A DNA stretch of 64,000 nt from assembly GCF_009914755.1 (NCBI RefSeq), contig NC_060941.1; one strand, written 5' to 3'. How positions within the stretch are numbered: position 1 is the first letter of the stretch; each line of letters opens with the position of its first letter. A program made the translations under genes and the position numbers. The stretch comes from the human T2T-CHM13v2.0 reference genome, Homo sapiens. The notes under the pieces are model-generated. The model worked only from the letters and a program-made list of their open reading frames with translations. It did no database searches and was not told where the DNA came from. Shown here piece by piece: positions 62,747 to 64,000 of the stretch.

Positions 62747-64000
62747 TCCGGCTCCCCTCCCCTCTCCCCTCTCCCCTCTCTCCTCCCCTTTCCATGGTCT
62801 CCCTCTCATGCCGAGCCAAAGCTGGACTGTGCCGCTGCCATCTCGGCTCACTGCAACCTCCCTGCCTGATTCTCCTGCCTCAGCCTGCCGAGTGCCTGCG
62901 ATTGCAGGCGCGCGCCGCCACGCCTGACTGGTTTTCGTATTTTTTTGGTGGAGACGGGGTTTCGCTGTGTTGGCTGGGCTGGTCTCCAGCTCCTAACCGC
63001 GAGTGATCCACCAGCCTCGGCATTCTGAGGTGCCGGGATTGCAGATGGAGTCTCGTTAACTCAGTGCTCAATGGTGCCCAGGCTGGAGTGCAGTGGCGTG
63101 ATCTCGGCTCGCTACAACCTCCACCTCCCAGCCGCCTGCCTTGGCCCCCCAAAGTGCAGAGATTGCAGCCTCTGCCCGGCCGCCACCCCGTCTGGGAAGT
63201 GAGGAGCGTCTCTGCCTGGCCGCCCACCGTCTGGGATGTGAGGAGCCCCTCTGCCTGGCTGCCCAGTCTGGAAAGTGAGGAGCGTCTCTGCCCGGCCGCC
63301 ATCCCACCTGGGAAGTGAGCAGCGCCTCTTCCCGGCCGCCATCCCATCTAGGAAGTGAGGAACGTCTCTGCCCGGCCGCCCATCGTCTGAGATGTGGGGA
63401 GCGCCTCTACCCCGCCGCCCCGTCTGGGATGTGAGGAGCACCTCGGCCCGGCCGCGACCCCGTCTGGGAGGTGAGGAGCGTCTCTGCCCGGCCGCCCCGT
63501 CTGAGAAGTGAGGAGACCCTCCGCCCGGCTGCCACCCCGTCTGGGAAGTGAGGAGCGTCTCCGCCCGGCAGCCACCCCGCCCGGGAGGGAGGTGGGGGGT
63601 CAGCCCCCGCCAGGCCAGCCGCCCCATCCGGGAGGGAGGTGGGGGGTCAGCCCCCCGCCCGGCCAGCCGCCCCGTCCGGGAGGGAGGTAGGGGGGTCAGC
63701 CCCCTGCCCGGCCAGCCGCCCCATCCGGGAGGGAGGTTGGGGGGTCAGCCCCCCGCCCGGCCAGCCGCCCCGTCCAGGAGGTGAGGGTCGCCTCTGCCCG
63801 GCCGCCCCTACTGGGAAGTGAGGAGCCCCTCTGCCCGGCCAGCCGCCCCGTCCGGGAGGGAGGTGGGGGGGTCAGCCCCCCCCCCCCCCCCCCCGCCAGC
63901 CACCCCATCCGGGAGGGAGGTGGGGGGGGGGTCAGCCCCCCTGCCCAGCCAGCCGCCCCGTCCGGGAGGGAGGTGGGGGGGGGGTCAGCCGCCCCGTCCG
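62747..64000 (+). mobile_element. SVA retrotransposon 5' part (hexamer, Alu-like domain, VNTR); runs off the window; antisense to NCOR1
   Basis: (CCCTCT)n-like head, antisense Alu-like segment, GC-rich 35-50 bp VNTR units (gccccgtctgggaagtgaggagcg). Confidence 0.97.

Noticed and set aside
62742-63908. Overlapping Pro/Gly/Arg-rich ORFs; tandem units superficially resembling a CRISPR array
   Set aside because: SVA VNTR with no unique spacers; GC-rich sequence lacks stops by composition

Overview
Primate (very likely human) genomic DNA containing the 3' ~60% of the coding region of NCOR1 (nuclear receptor corepressor 1) on the minus strand. I traced 25 consecutive GT-AG coding exons by hand from 60270 down to the TGA stop at 508-510. 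They total 4503 nt (1500 aa + stop) with consistent phases. Exon numbers 22-46 are inferred by counting back from a 46-exon model. The exons encode the PPPLI motif, the RD3 GSI repeats, the BCL6-binding peptide, three CoRNR boxes and the C-terminal LSD motif. Introns carry ~35 Alus, a 5'-truncated L1PA, older L1M/L2/CR1/MIR/MER remnants, a Tigger1, a near full-length Hsmar1, the 5' part of an SVA, and processed pseudogenes of RPLP1 and RPL22. I see no new biological system. The best second-look items are: an in-frame 174-nt cassette exon; a plus-strand splice acceptor that could turn the RPLP1 retrocopy into an antisense terminal exon; an orphan 3'UTR-only retrocopy; GSI motifs sitting on exon junctions; four NAGNAG acceptors; an internal donor that deletes one CoRNR box; a donor read-through stop; and a templated ~80-bp duplication. 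Repeat boundaries are approximate, and subfamily calls come from recall, not a RepeatMasker run.
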